Assembly (NCBI GenBank): GCA_001938485.1
Contig: MQRK01170068.1
Span: 59,651-112,783, forward strand
DNA from: Girardia tigrina
Taxonomy: Eukaryota
DNA: 53,133 nt
Direction: 5' to 3'
The notes beneath the pieces were generated by a model, which saw only the letters and a program-made list of their open reading frames with translations, made no database searches and was not told the DNA's origin. The first letter of the stretch is position 1. Every line of letters begins with the position of its first letter. Positions 1-12,627 of this stretch are shown here, piece after piece. Made by a program: the position numbers and the translations under genes.

Positions 1-50
1 CAATTTTGGCTAAAAACTTTTGAAAATTGGCCAGATATATTTTTTATTTT

Positions 51-103
51 TCGGATTATGAAGTTTCCGGATTATTGAGGTTCGGATTAATGGGGGTTGA
101 CTG
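51..103. mobile_element. Right terminus of a pogo/Tigger-like (Tc1/mariner superfamily) element
   Basis: Ends ...GGGGGTTGACTG followed by TA (104-105); three subterminal CGGATTA repeats within 51-90. Confidence 0.6.
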
Positions 104-624
104 TATATATATATATTATCTATTATTTATCGAATTTTAATTTTCAGAATTTCGAACGGCCTTTTAATTTTAAATTATCTTTTTTTTATTACATCTCTGA
201 CAACAAAAATTTTAACAAAAAATTCTTCCGAATAACTCTTAAAATAAATGTTAAACAATTAAAATTCAATTATTTATGATATTAACTTTTTTAAAATTTA
301 TTAAGATTTGTTTTTTACTAATAATTGTTTAAAACTTTTGATTTTATTTTAGAGATTATTTATAACAATTAATTATTTCCAAAAATTTAAAGAATGAGCT
401 TGTTCTTTTTTTTAAGAATTTAAAAGGTTTTTATTTTAAAGAATTATTTCATTTTAATTAATCGAACATTATTTTTAATTTACCTAAAATACAAATATGA
501 ATTTTAAAAAATATCAAAAATTTAAAGTTCACCAAAAGTAACCCCAATAATTTCTTGTAAATATTTGTATCTAAAATAATTTCTAAGAAAATAATAATAA
601 ACTTTTTAAAAAACCGTTTTATAA

Positions 625-900
625 ATATGGATATTGTTTTCCAAAACTACTGGTACTTATAAAAATGAATACCTTCTCAAACTCTTAAATATGTCTGAAG
701 TAAATAAATATTTAAAGTACATATGTAAAGTAAATATCTGTATTGTTAATATTTTTATTATTATTTAGTTTTTGAGGAATATTTTAAATTTTATGTGAAA
801 GTGGTATGTTGATTTGAATATGTTGAACCTAGAATAGGGATTTTACGGGATTGAAATTGGTATTATTTGTATTTGTGATAATCGATCATTCGAACATAAT
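625..900 (-). repeat. Unclassified dispersed family, module A (copy 1)
   Basis: GAGGAATATTTTAAATT...AAATTGGTATT...TTCGAACATAATT is shared with 6757-6885 and 22311-22460. Confidence 0.65.
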
Positions 901-921
901 TAAAATAATAATAAGCAAATA

Positions 922-1116
922 TTAGTAATCTAATAATGGGCAGTCCATGAAGGATGTCACACTTTTTTTCGAATTTTTAGCTTCCCCCTTCATTCCTGTC
1001 ACAAGTGTCAATACTTTGATAATCCCCCTTAAAATAAGCCGGTCACAACTATTAACAACATCAATATGAGGTTTACAACATTTATTAATATTACAAGCGC
1101 ATTCACTATTTGACAT
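922..1116 (-). repeat. Unclassified family, module B small ORF (MSNSECACNINKCCKPHIDVVN...)
   Basis: Aligns to the 7174 peptide (MSN.E, C..NK..K.HI.V.N) with an in-frame 10-codon deletion; head-to-head with module A at 1350-1700. Confidence 0.55.
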
Positions 1117-1349
1117 CTCTCTTGATCAATATTTTTCTGAGTTGAAACTAATTATTTTCAATAAATGAAAATCTGTTAATAAAAATTATTAATTATAAAG
1201 AATCTAATTGGTTGAAATTAAATCTAAACATTTTTTTAAAAAAATAGAACATATTAAATTAATATATTAAAATTTTAAATTACATTAAAAAAAATAAATA
1301 ATACATTCAAAAATTATTTTAAATATTTTTACTTTACAATTAAATTAAA

Positions 1350-1700
1350 TTATTTTTAATTAGTAAGAATCAAAGAAAATATCAATCATCCATCTGTGTA
1401 GGAGAGGCACAATCCGAATCAACATTCTACATGCACAAATATCAACACACAATTCAAAACATTCCTCACAACTACATCTTTCAATTTTTTTTATTAATAA
1501 CAGAGTTTGAAAAGCAGAGAAAAGTGAGTGTATGACAGAATAAAGAAAAATGTTTTTTTTGCCTAATCAAGAAATAGAAGAGAATATATAAAGGTTATGA
1601 GAAGAATAATGATATGAGTTTAGAAAAGAATTATTTAAATAAAAAGGTTTACTTAGAAAATAATCCTTTCGCTGTAAGTAACATATACACACGGCGTACT
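1350..1700 (+). repeat. Unclassified family, module A (inverted copy)
   Basis: Reverse complement reads GAGGAATGTTTTGAATTG...TCTCCTACACAGATGGATGATTGATATTT, matching the other module A copies. Confidence 0.6.
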
Positions 1701-1849
1701 ATTTCACTGAAGCAACAGTATAACCGTAGTAAAAGTACTTTATTAAAATCACAAAGTACAGTTAACTGTTATCATAACATTGCAAACAAACTATCATAAA
1801 GTTTCGTCATTATCATACATCTGCCATATCAAGTTAAAAATTAATTTCC

Positions 1850-3800
1850 CTCCCAAGGGCATTTCTGGTACTATGTAAGTGAAATCAGAGAAAGATATGT
1901 CTTCTTTGTTAACAGTATTTAGCTCTTTCAAGTCAGTTGTGTCCATATCTTTTTCATTTAACCATTCAATATCTTCCTTTTTTCAAATGCAATTATTTTT
2001 ATAAGCTCCTTATGACGCATGACAGAAATTATTAACGGTTTCACTTTGTTTTGTAAGACTGCTTGTGTTTTGTGAACAAGCTGATGTCTTTTTGTCATTA
2101 CAACGACAGTAGAATATAAAACCACAAAATTTGCAAATGAGGGTTCAAAGAACTTTGAACAGAAGGGCAAAAGGAATCATATGGAAGATGTGAGAACTTT
2201 TATTGAAGAATAATTTTATCCTCAAGCATTTGGCTGACAAAAGAGAATCGGAAACTTTTGGTTGCCTTCATAAGCACATTGTGCTTGTAGGTCTTGAGAA
2301 TTCTGAATGATTGGATCTGGAGGAAGCAGAAATCGTTCAGAAATAACTTTCAGCAAATCACTTATAAATTGCTAATCAAGTAATTGGCATTCAATTAAGA
2401 TACACTATGTTGAATATACTTCGATACAAATGGATATTCATCAAATATTAGTTTAGACTAGATTTCAGAAAGCACTTCCTTGCTTGCTCAAAATTTAAGT
2501 GTTTCAAGTCTAAGTCAAAAGTTCAACCTTAAAAATCCAGATAAGTTCCAAAGTGATCCCGAGGAAATATTACACCAGCTAGCTTTTTTGATAACAAGAC
2601 TTTTCGGCGTTCCATTTTGTTCACTTCAACCTGGTGCATTTATTGCAACATACATATCATCAAAGACATACTTCAAAAAGTGGTGAACTGATACGTCAAT
2701 GACCTTTGTGTACCTTGGATTTTCATCAGGGCTTACATTAACAATGGAGACAATAATTACCTTAACAAAATTCTCGGATTTTGTGATGCTATTGAATTCA
2801 TGAATTTGAAGTAAATGCTCAAACTCCAATTCATGACTATAATCATTTGGGATTGAGTGTTTACCATATCTTACAGTAACATAGGTGGGACGAACATAAC
2901 CAACCGCATTGGCCTTACCTAGTGCATTTGAGTTTATTATAATTACAGCTAAAATAATTTTAACTAAATTTTGAGGTTTTAAAAAAATTTTTAAAATAAT
3001 TGATTTTTATCAATATTATTATTAAATACACAAGTCTCCGTTTTATAACATTTATATTTATGAAAGAAGTTTGTAATCAATCTCTGATTAAACTTTAACA
3101 TTCTGCGAGAAACAACCAATATTAAAATTAACTGCTTTTTATCAATTTCATGAAAATGAAATTAATTAATGTAATTTTAAGACAGTTTTCAAAAATATTA
3201 ATTGCTTAGGAGAGTTCGCTTTTTAATTCACATCATACAATTACACATTTACATTAAATATTTTATACAAAAATTTATAATATCAGTCATACTTTTCATC
3301 CCTCTCTCTTTAAATGAGTTCAAAAGTTCTACATTACTTATCAGTTTTTTCCGTCTTCAATCTGATGTTCAAGACTTCTTTGATGCAACTTTTTTGTAAT
3401 TATAGCAGGGCCAATATATCAGTTTGTCTTTTCATCTTTTGTTTCTAATTTTATTAGCATGTTTTCTCTAGTAAAAAAATGTTTTCTCTAATAAATAAAT
3501 GTTTTATTTTGGGATTTTTTTCACATGTAATCTTTGTCTTTAATCATTTAAAGTGTTCCTTTGTTTACATCGTGGCTAACAGAGTAATGGTTTGTTAACC
3601 AATGTTTGATCTTCCTTCCAAAAACTATTTCAGCTGGTGAAACGCTAAATGGTATACTGAATAGTGCAATTTAATATAAGTTCTACTTTGGGTAATAATT
3701 CAACCAATGTCCAAGTGTCTTGCAGTCAGATATGCAGTACGTCTCTAACAGTTCTAAATTGCCTCTATAATTTCGTTACTATTGTGATGTTAGGAACTTT
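1850..3800 (-). mobile_element. Decayed Zator DNA transposon transposase
   Basis: AVGYVRPTYVTVRYGKH...SPDENPRYTKVI...VAINAPG matches Zator motifs (YSGPTYIAIRSGKH; DGGPDENPRY; ATNAPG) and parallels 24630-25700. Core is ~2400-2950; outer limits are approximate. Confidence 0.75.
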
Positions 3801-5257
3801 AATACATAATTTGTTTTTAATTTTCCGCTATTTCTTTGAATAATTTAAATTGTTTAATAATTTATTTTCCAAAAAGATGATTAGAGTGTTTATTATTATA
3901 AACCTTTTAGAAAAATAGTTTTTTTCATTTATTTTATTTTATTTTTTTATTTTATAATTTCATTTGTAATCCATTGTCAGTTAATATAATTGTGATTTTT
4001 TTGGAATCACATTAATTTTAATTTGTATTTGGCCGAAATAGTTTATATTTTTTTTAATTTGAAAGTTTTAAAAAAAAGTAAATAATTACAAATGTTTAAA
4101 AAATTTAAAATCATATTATAAAGAAAACTTTCAAAAATTAAATACTTATTTAAAAATTAAAAATGTTTACAGTTATAAAAATTGATAAATATTAATAATA
4201 GTTTTGCAATAAAAATTGTAAAATAAATAATAACGGATTAAATTTTATAATATTTCAAGAAATAATTTTTTAAATAAAAAGCTTAAAATTTAAATTAATT
4301 AGTTTTAGGATAAAATTTTAGAATTAAAATTAATTGTATTAATTAGAAGTTTTGAAAATTATTAAATTTTACAAATTGAAGGGGAGAAAAATTTAATGGA
4401 TTGATTTTGGCAAAATAATTGAATTAACAAGAAATTTGTTTGAAAATGTGAATTGTTGTCATTAATGATATTTTGGTGTTAAATTATGAGTCTTGATTCT
4501 AGTGATAATGAAAGTGGCATAAACGCTATTTACACTGGAGTAGGGGTATTGAGTTTTTTTTAACGTTAATTATCTTTCACATTTACAAAATACTTATTAA
4601 AAATTCTTATTTGTTGCAAATATTTGTTTACAAAACCAGATTTCTATTGACAGACTGCTTTTTTTCTAAAGTGTAGATTTTCCATAAAATAAATTAATTT
4701 TATTTAAATGTACTGCAATAAAATATTTTTATGCAAATATTTTGTTTTACAATAACAATTGGTAATTTGAAGAAAGCTGTCTTGAAGTGTTGATCATTGT
4801 CTTTGTTATTTTCTTTCCTTGTGTCAACAACAATTTTAGAAATCTGAAGTCCACATGGAGATTATAGATTTGTTTTAACATTTGCACTTGAGAGTTTAAA
4901 ATTCAAAACAACGCCACTTAAAAGTTTTGAAAAACTGTTATTAAAAACAAAACACTAAATAGCTTTTATTATTTAAAATAAAAATTTTTAGTTACAATAT
5001 TTGAATCAATTTCATAAATTAATATAAATTTTACGTAACTTAAAATATGAAATTAAAATAAAATTATTTCAAGAAATTATTTATTTTTTTAATAAGATTA
5101 TACAAAAGCAAAAATTTGTGCATTATAATTGATTACCTAATCGTTATAATAAGTAATTTGTATGTCTGAAACCCCCAACCTATTCGACTTCAGCCAAATA
5201 TGTCTATTCACACTGAATGATGTACAATATTTTTTGTCGGAATATACAAAAAAATGG

Positions 5258-5608
5258 TTGATTAAAGTAATAAACTAGTAGATCAAAAAATTAAATTTTT
5301 TATATCCATTCTTTATGCAGACAGAACTCTACTTTGCCAACAAAGTATTTAAAATTTAAAAAATTTCAATTAAAAAAATATTAAAATTTAATATAAACTA
5401 CTTATAATTTATAAGTAGATATCTTGTAATTAATATTTTTCGATAACTCCGAATTTTCCGTCTTTCCCAATTTTGAGATCTTAAAAAGATTTTTTCAATC
5501 AAATTTTTACATAACCTTTTATTGTCATTGAGAATGAGTAATTGTGCAAAGTTTGAAGAAAATCGATTGAGTAGAGGGCCTTCGAAAACAGGTTTCTAAA
5601 TTCCATGG

Positions 5609-5655
<47 letters not shown>

Positions 5656-5692
5656 CCTATATAGAAAGTAAGTTAATAAAAAGAATGGAAAA
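5258..5692 (+). mobile_element. DINE-1/HINE-like (Helentron-associated) non-autonomous repeat
   Basis: Short inverted repeat TCCATTCTTT/AAAGAATGGA, AAAGTTTG..AAAATCGATTGAGTA core and internal (TA)n at 5613-5651; homologous to 10900-11500 and 31865-32237. Confidence 0.55.
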
Positions 5693-6108
5693 ACAGTGTT
5701 GTGAAGATTTTCGATAACTCTTCATAATTTTTGAATTAAAATCTTACTAAACAACTTTTTACAAATTAATTCTTAATTTAAAATACAAAATTAAATATAT
5801 TTAAAAAGAGATTTCAATAACTTATTTTAGTTTTTTTTAAATACAAAATGCAAGTTTCAAAAATAATAAAATTTACATTTAATTAAACTATATATTTATA
5901 TTTAAAATTGATTTTGTTAGTCTTGGCTTTTGTAATAAAAATGAAAAAATGTTTCTCAGAAATTTACTTTAAAAACTGTTTAAATATTATGTTATATTGT
6001 TTGTATTAAGTAAAAGTTTTGAAAATGTCTGTACCTGAGTGTTCAGCAGAACACAAACACGAACCTTACACATCTAAAGTGTAAAATATAATAAAACAGA
6101 TTGTTTAA

Positions 6109-6150
6109 TTAACCCTAATAGTCTCACGATGTGACTCTGAGTCACACTTA
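6109..6150 (+). mobile_element. Solitary piggyBac-like terminus
   Basis: TTAA followed by CCCT, with subterminal palindrome TGTGACTCTGAGTCACA. Confidence 0.5.
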
Positions 6151-6579
6151 AAATTTAAACTTATTTTTTTTGATTAATTTTTATTGTATTTCCTAATTTT
6201 TTCTTTGGAAATTTACTTTAATAACTTTACTTAACTAAAGAATAAGTATTTATAAATTTGGAGTCAATCATGAAATCAAAATTAACCTTCTTAACTTTTC
6301 TATGTCGAACAAAGATTTGAACCTTTGAAATATTTGTAATTCAAAAGAAAATAATTTAACTCTGAAAGTAAAAAAATAATTCTTTAATAAAGAATAATTA
6401 ATCATGAACCCTTAAAATCATTTTCAATTATTATAATTAAATGAATATCACTAAAAATGAATACAAGTAACATTGTTTGAAACACAATAAAAATCATTAA
6501 ATAATATAAATTTTTGTGTAGAAGAATTAAATAAGAATAATTGTACTTTATGATTTATTTATTTACTTAAATAAAAATT

Positions 6580-7284
6580 ATGGCATAAATATTCTATAAT
6601 TATAACAATGGTTGAAGAGAACTGATAAAGTATTATAAATTTATATGTAAATCAAAAATCTTGAAAATGTCATTATTTTGTAGGTGGAAAAAGAGAAGAA
6701 AGATATCATTATTTGTTTGGATTTTAGTATTTTGGATTTTTGTATTTAAATACTATGAGGAATATTTTAAATTTGGTGTGTTGAATTTTGCATACTGAGT
6801 TTAGTATTTAGAAATGTGTTTCTCCCACCCAGATGGAAAATTGGTATTTCGAATGTTCACGATGAATAGTTATTTGAGCATAGTTTGCATTTTAAATTTC
6901 AACGTAAGATATTTAAAAAATTTTCGAATATTAAATCGTTTAAAATTTGAATATTAAATATTTTAATAAAGTAAATAATTTTTAAATTGATTAAATAAAT
7001 GTTTTTCTACAAATAAAATCATTTTAAAATTAAATTAATTTTTAGATAAAATTTTTAACGAAATTATAAAAGTAGAATTTTTAAAATAAAATTTGAAAAT
7101 AATTTAGAATGAAAATTTGTTCGAATAATTGTTTGTTAACAAGAGATTAACGAAAATTTATCAATTTAGTGAGATGTCAAATTATGAAAGCTTGGCTGAG
7201 AATTTTCCCAAAGACAATTCAAACTGTGATGAAAATAAATTAGTGAAAACACATATTAGTGTTCCCAATAAATTAAATCACTAA
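6580..7284. repeat. Unclassified family, complete A(-)/spacer/B(+) unit (copy 2)
   Basis: Module A runs leftwards from 6881, then a ~290 bp AT-rich spacer, TGTTCGAATA at 7118-7127, and a 36-aa ORF at 7174-7284. Confidence 0.65.
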
Positions 7285-7294
7285 GGCATAAGCT

Positions 7295-8620
7295 TTTCCA
7301 GTGTTCTATGTTGATCATATTTCAAATGCTTTAGGTGGTACAAAGTATTTTAGGAAATGCTCATTATTTGGCCGAGTTGAACCAAGAATATCAAGTGATA
7401 ACGGCCTTTTCTCCAAAGCTAGGACAGCATTGTTTTACTTGCATGTAGTTTTATATAGATGTTGCACTGGGCATATTCTAAGAGACAATAATCAAGGAAG
7501 CCAGTATAATCTAGGATGCTACACCATACTTAGATGATATTGTGGTATATAAAAGAGATCAGAAATAACATTTTATTGTTTTGAATTAGGTTTTAGAAAA
7601 TATTTGGAAAGTACAACTTCTGTTGAACCCAGAAAAATGTCCATAGTCGAAAATCGAAATAAAATTCTTAGGATATATAGTTAATGAAGAAAATGAGAAG
7701 CGGATCCCTACACAATTGAATAAATAAGAAACTTCGTGAGGCCAAAGTGTTGCAAACACTTACGCAGTTTTTGGTATTTGCTACTATTATGATTAAAGGG
7801 TATTCAAAGAAGGCTATGGTGTTAACACGCACTGAATAATAGTAAAAAGCTGAACTGTCCAAGTGAGCTAGAGAATTGTATTTTTGAAACATGAAAAGAG
7901 ACTTAATTCTTGATAAGAATGTTAGTTTCAACACTATTGGAGTCGTGTTACTTACAGAAGGACGACTAAGCAAAGGAACAAGTTTTAGCTTATGGACCAA
8001 GAAAAGAATTGCTTGACATATATTAATTCTGTAATCATTTAAGACATTCTAAGTATGGTAAACGGTTTATTTGTCCTACAGACCATAAGGTTAACATCTT
8101 TATGTTGAACTTTAAGAAGGCGATAATGTTGTAGTTTCAGACATGGATTAACTATCTGAGCAGTGTGGATATGAAATTAGAAATACAAAAAGGGTCTGTG
8201 CACACTAATACTGATATACTATCAAGGATAAATTTTGATACATGTACTCAATGTTTTATGTATCACTAGGAAGCTAAGAAAGCAAAAATCAATTCATGTA
8301 TATTGGATATTGTATAAGAAGACAAAACCATTAATTGACTTGAAGATATTATTTGGAACGGCCTCCGAATGTTAGCCCTCGTGGATGAAAGAAACATTTA
8401 GTATTATTTATTCTGTGGAGTTTTACAAGCTAAAGTTTCACAAGATCAAAGAAGTTACACGTAGATATATATCATGCTAAAACTTTAAAAACATTTGACT
8501 CAAGACAAAATAGAGCATGATAAAATTAGAAACGAACAGCGTTCTGAAAGTATTTATGTAGATATTTGTGGACTGTGGAAAGAGACTTCTAGAAAAATTA
8601 AAAACGTCTTGGATACGTGG
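7295..8620 (+). mobile_element. Heavily decayed Ty3/Gypsy pol fragment (RT, RNase H, start of integrase)
   Basis: Frame-broken motifs ALGGTKYF, PYLDDIVVY, LNPEKC..IKFLGYIV, YGKRFICPTDHK, KGSVHTNTDILSR, IYVDICG. Confidence 0.8.
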
Positions 8621-9276
8621 CTGTAAGAGAAGGTCATCGATAATTTTTCAATTTTTAAAAATAAAGCTAATCATAGAAATTGGTCTTTATTAAAATTATG
8701 AATTTTAATCAAAATTAAAAAAAATATTGGAAATTAAAAATTGCAAAAAAAATTTTAATTACATATTTTTTCTTTTGTTTTTTTAATAAAATTTGAAAGT
8801 ATTATTATCTTGTTTATTTTATAAAAAGGAATTAAATACTCAATATAACAATATCATAATAATAATAGAAAAAATAATTTTAATGCTAAATAGACAAATA
8901 CACACAAATTTTCAAAAAAACGAACATAAATAATTGCTCCTTACACATAACAAATGTTTATAAAAAACTTTTAAATACTTTATAAAAATAAAATCAAAAA
9001 TAAAATAATCTATTTTTTATAATAGCAAAGTCAAACATTTATAGAAAATTTTCAGTAAAAAATAATAATAAATAATAAAACAATAAAGCATTCTCCCTTT
9101 GAAATATTCTGTCCAGAAAGACCTTTTTAGGCGAAATAGGTGGTGTGAAGCTTTTTTCTTGTTACATAGTTGAACTAATTCGTTTAGTTCTTTGTAGTTC
9201 ACCTCAGTCTATGAATAATCTTTCATCGTAGGTTGGACATCAAAGAAGTTGTCTCAATTTGAATACTGATTTACTA

Positions 9277-10562
9277 TTGGGTTGGCAAAAAAGTCATTGC
9301 GTTTTTCAGTACGTCCTAATAAAAAGCTTGAAAATATAAATCGATGTCACAAAATTTAAATTCAATTATATATTCTGAAACCTTAATTTTCAGACTATAT
9401 GTATACAAAATATTTATTGATTTTGTTTTAATTTATTACTTTACCGTCAATTTGAAATGGAAAATCAAAATCAGCATATTCGTCATGTTTTGTTGCATTA
9501 TTTTCGCAAAGAGAAAAAGCGCTGTGCAAGCTCATAAGAAGATATGTTTTGTATATGGTAGTGACTCCTTAAAACTACGACAGTGTCAATACTGGTTTTC
9601 TAAATTTCGTTCTGAAAAATTTCATCTGAAAGATGCACCACGCTCCGGTCGACCAGTGGAAGTTGATGGCGACAAAATAACAGCACTGATTGAATCTAAT
9701 CCACATATGACGATAAGAGAAGTTGCAGAGACTCTGGAAATATCAAAATCAAGTGTTGGAAGTCATTTAAAGAAACTTGGATTCGTCAGTAAACTCGATA
9801 TATGGTTACTACATGAACTGAAAGAAATTCATTTGGTGAAATGTATAGACATTTGCGATTCCCTTTTGAAGCGAGAACAAAGTGATCCATTTTTGAAGCG
9901 CTTGATTACGGGTGACGAAAAATGGATTGTTTACAACAATATGGAACGCCGACGATCATGGACAAAACGTGGTGAGCCTGCCAAAACGATCCCAAAAGCA
10001 GAAATTCACCAAAAGAAGGCTATACTTTCCGTCTGGTTGGATTTTAAAGGAATTGTGTTTTTTGAACTCCTTCCGAGGAATGAAACCATCAATTTAGACA
10101 GATATTGTGGTCAGCTGGAGAAATTGGCTCATTAAATTCCACAAGAACGTCCTGAATTTGCAAATCGAAAAGGAGTTGTAATTCAGCATGATAACGCAAG
10201 ACCGCATACAAGTTTGACCACTCGCCTGAAACTCTTATCACTGGGTAGGGAGGTTTTGCCGCACCCACCGTATTCTTCAGACTTGACCCCATCGGATTTT
10301 TACTTATTTAGATCACTGCAGAATTCCTTAAACAGAAAAAAACATTCGCCAGTTATGATGACATCAAATCGTTCCTAGACAGCTTTTTTGCTGACAAAGG
10401 CAAAGGTTTTTATGAATCAGGAATAATGAAGCTACCGGAAAGGTGGAAGAGAGTGATTGAAAATAATGGACAGTATATCGTGTAAAGATATTTGTGCATC
10501 CATGTCATTTTTTGATACTAAATATTTTAGTAAAAAACGCAATGACTTTTTGGCCAACCCAA
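9277..10562 (+). mobile_element. Full-length mariner transposon (mellifera-like), inactivated
   Basis: ~30 bp TIRs TTGGGTTGGC(A/C)AAAAAGTCATTGCGTTTTT, TA TSDs at 9275-76 and 10563-64, length 1286 bp. Confidence 0.95.
9457..10485 (+). pseudogene. Mariner DD34D transposase, frameshifted
   Basis: MENQNQHIRH start, HTH, WLLHEL (WVPHEL), TGDEKW, QHDNARPH, HPPYSSDLTPSDF; several frameshifts. Confidence 0.92.
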
Positions 10563-10689
10563 TATTATCGTTTTATCAAAACATTTTGTCGAAATAAATA
10601 TTAATTGTAAATTATCGTTATCTTGAAAAGTTTACCAGTGAAATTCATATATAATTTGAAGTTAAAATAAATAAACGACCAAATTTATT

Positions 10690-10880
10690 TATCAATAGGA
10701 CCAGCAGACCGAAACCGAGCTCGCCATTCAAACAACCATGAGCGCCTCTGCTACCATCCGGCCTTGGGGGCAAGTGAAGGATTGGGTGGAACACCAATGT
10801 TAATTTGTTAATGTGTAATGTATTGTATTTAGTGAACGGATATATTAAGAGATACATTAAGAGTTTAGCTTGAAGACATC
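10690..10880 (-). mobile_element. Probable LTR/primer-binding-site junction remnant
   Basis: GC-rich island containing CCTCTGCTACCA (10745-10756), identical to the 3' end of animal initiator tRNA-Met; ...AACA-TTGGTG junction near 10797 on the minus strand. Confidence 0.4.
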
Positions 10881-10899
10881 GGGTAATATATTTGTTGGG

Positions 10900-11500
10900 A
10901 TTTTCATTCTTTTTGAATTGTGAAAAAAATCAGAAATTGAAAAATTCAGTATTTTGTAATATTCACATTTAGCTCAGGTTTAAAATACAGGTTTAAAATT
11001 TTAGAATTTAGAAACACATTTTTGAAGGCTTTTTATTCAATCAATTTCCACCAAACTTTGTATATTTACTCACTTTCGATGACAATAAATGATAATGTGA
11101 AAATTTGATCAAACTAGGAAATAAAAAAATTACTTTCGCAAAAAACATTTTACAATTATTCACAAATGTTTAAACTTTATTTTATAAAAATTTTTTGGTT
11201 CTTTTTTTCCTTCCATGCTTTATAATAAATTTATTACGTAATTAGTAACTATTTAATTGCTAAATGGAGTTGTAAAAATATTTGGTATGAAATTTTGATT
11301 TCTCAAAAGATTTAAATATTTACAAATAACGTAATTAATTTATTAATAATTTATTTTTATTAATAATTAATTTTAATTAATTTACTAGTTATTTTCCCTT
11401 TTATAAAAGATAACAAAAAATTCTGTTGGCCAAATAGAGTTCTGCCCACATAAAGAATGGATATGAAAAAATTATTTTTTGATTTACTAGTTTTTTATTT
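10900..11500 (-). mobile_element. DINE-1/HINE-like repeat, inverted copy of the 5258-5692 family
   Basis: 10900-11115 and 11422-11500 are reverse complements of the two segments of 5258-5692. Confidence 0.5.
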
Positions 11501-11639
11501 TAACTTTATTATCATTATTATACTATAAATTATTACTTATTATAATTCTTACTTTTTCTTCCATTAAAATGAAGGAATAAATAAAAGATAAATAAATAAA
11601 AATATATTAATTTTACGTAAATAAATAATATATGACTTA

Positions 11640-12085
11640 TTTGTGATCTGTCATCACTACAATCAAACTGATCTAGACGTATTTGGCTTGAAGCTACAAT
11701 ATGAAATAGCTGGACAAGAAGAGGATACAAGAATTAAATGATGCATGAAAAGACCAACGTCTAAAGTATACTTTTTTCTTTGATCTCTTATCTACGATGA
11801 AAGATTTTTCATAAACGGAGGTAAACTACAATACCCGACTCTCATGACAGAAAAAGCTGATGGTGACTGCTTGGTAGTCTAGCTCAGATGCCATCCTCTT
11901 AAATGACAATATTCAACCTCATAATATTTACATTACGTCTACAGTAAATGGATAAACACACTTCCATTGAAGTAGTAAATGTGTATCAATAAATCTAGAT
12001 GCATACTTTGATAAAAATTAAAAATTTTATTTGAAAAAAATCTAGTTTTTCTGAATTTTACAAAATTTCATATATGACAACCTAA
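11640..12085 (+). mobile_element. 3' remnant of a mariner element
   Basis: C-terminal INTLPLK..MCIN...AYFD remnant; right TIR ...TGACAACCTAA|TA matches the 34516-35567 family. Confidence 0.6.
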
Positions 12086-12244
12086 TACTTGACATATTGT
12101 GAAAAATTCAAAACCGGATGAAATAAAATTGGTGTTTATAAAATAAAGTGTTATATATATAAATATATATTGAATATTGATTTAAATATTTTGCTTTTGT
12201 TGTATAAATTTTGAAAAAATTAAAATATAATGAAATTTTAGTTG

Positions 12245-12447
12245 TAAAAACATAAAGGCGCATTTACAGAAAAAATTATTTTTATCGACAATTTATTTTG
12301 CTGACAACCGTCATGAAGAAAATATGAATTGTAAATCTGCTTATATAGACAATCAGTGATTGAACAATCAATGAATAATTGTGTCATCTAAACACACTCG
12401 ACTGACCCGTAAAATGTTTTCTTTAAATGGCGTCTTTATGTTTTTTA
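12245..12447. mobile_element. Small foldback/MITE-like element
   Basis: ~29 bp imperfect inverted repeats (AAAAACATAAAGGCGCATTTACAGAAAA / TTTTCTTTAAATGGCGTCTTTATGTTTTT) with internal GACAA subrepeats. Confidence 0.55.
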
Positions 12448-12627
12448 TAAATGTTATAATATTTAAAAATTAGAATGTATAATGATAGATTTAAAATAGA
12501 TATTTTATTTTTCTCGAGATGTTATTTGCAAAAGTGTACTTATCTTATTCAAAGATTTTAAGTACTGAAATGGTTTTACTTTATCAATTTGAATATTAAT
12601 GGGTTGTAATGTCTTATCAATAATGAT

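Noticed and set aside
4430-4560. Additional module B copy
   Set aside because: Only short AT-rich matches (GAAATTTGTTTGAA, AAATTATGAG) and no conserved peptide; too weak to call.
6800-6850. FPSGWEKHISK as a WW domain
   Set aside because: The central aromatic pair and the second W-x-x-P are absent in all copies.
9344-10135. 263-aa ORF as an intact gene or SETMAR
   Set aside because: It is a frameshifted segment of the mariner transposase with a spurious N-terminus and no SET domain.
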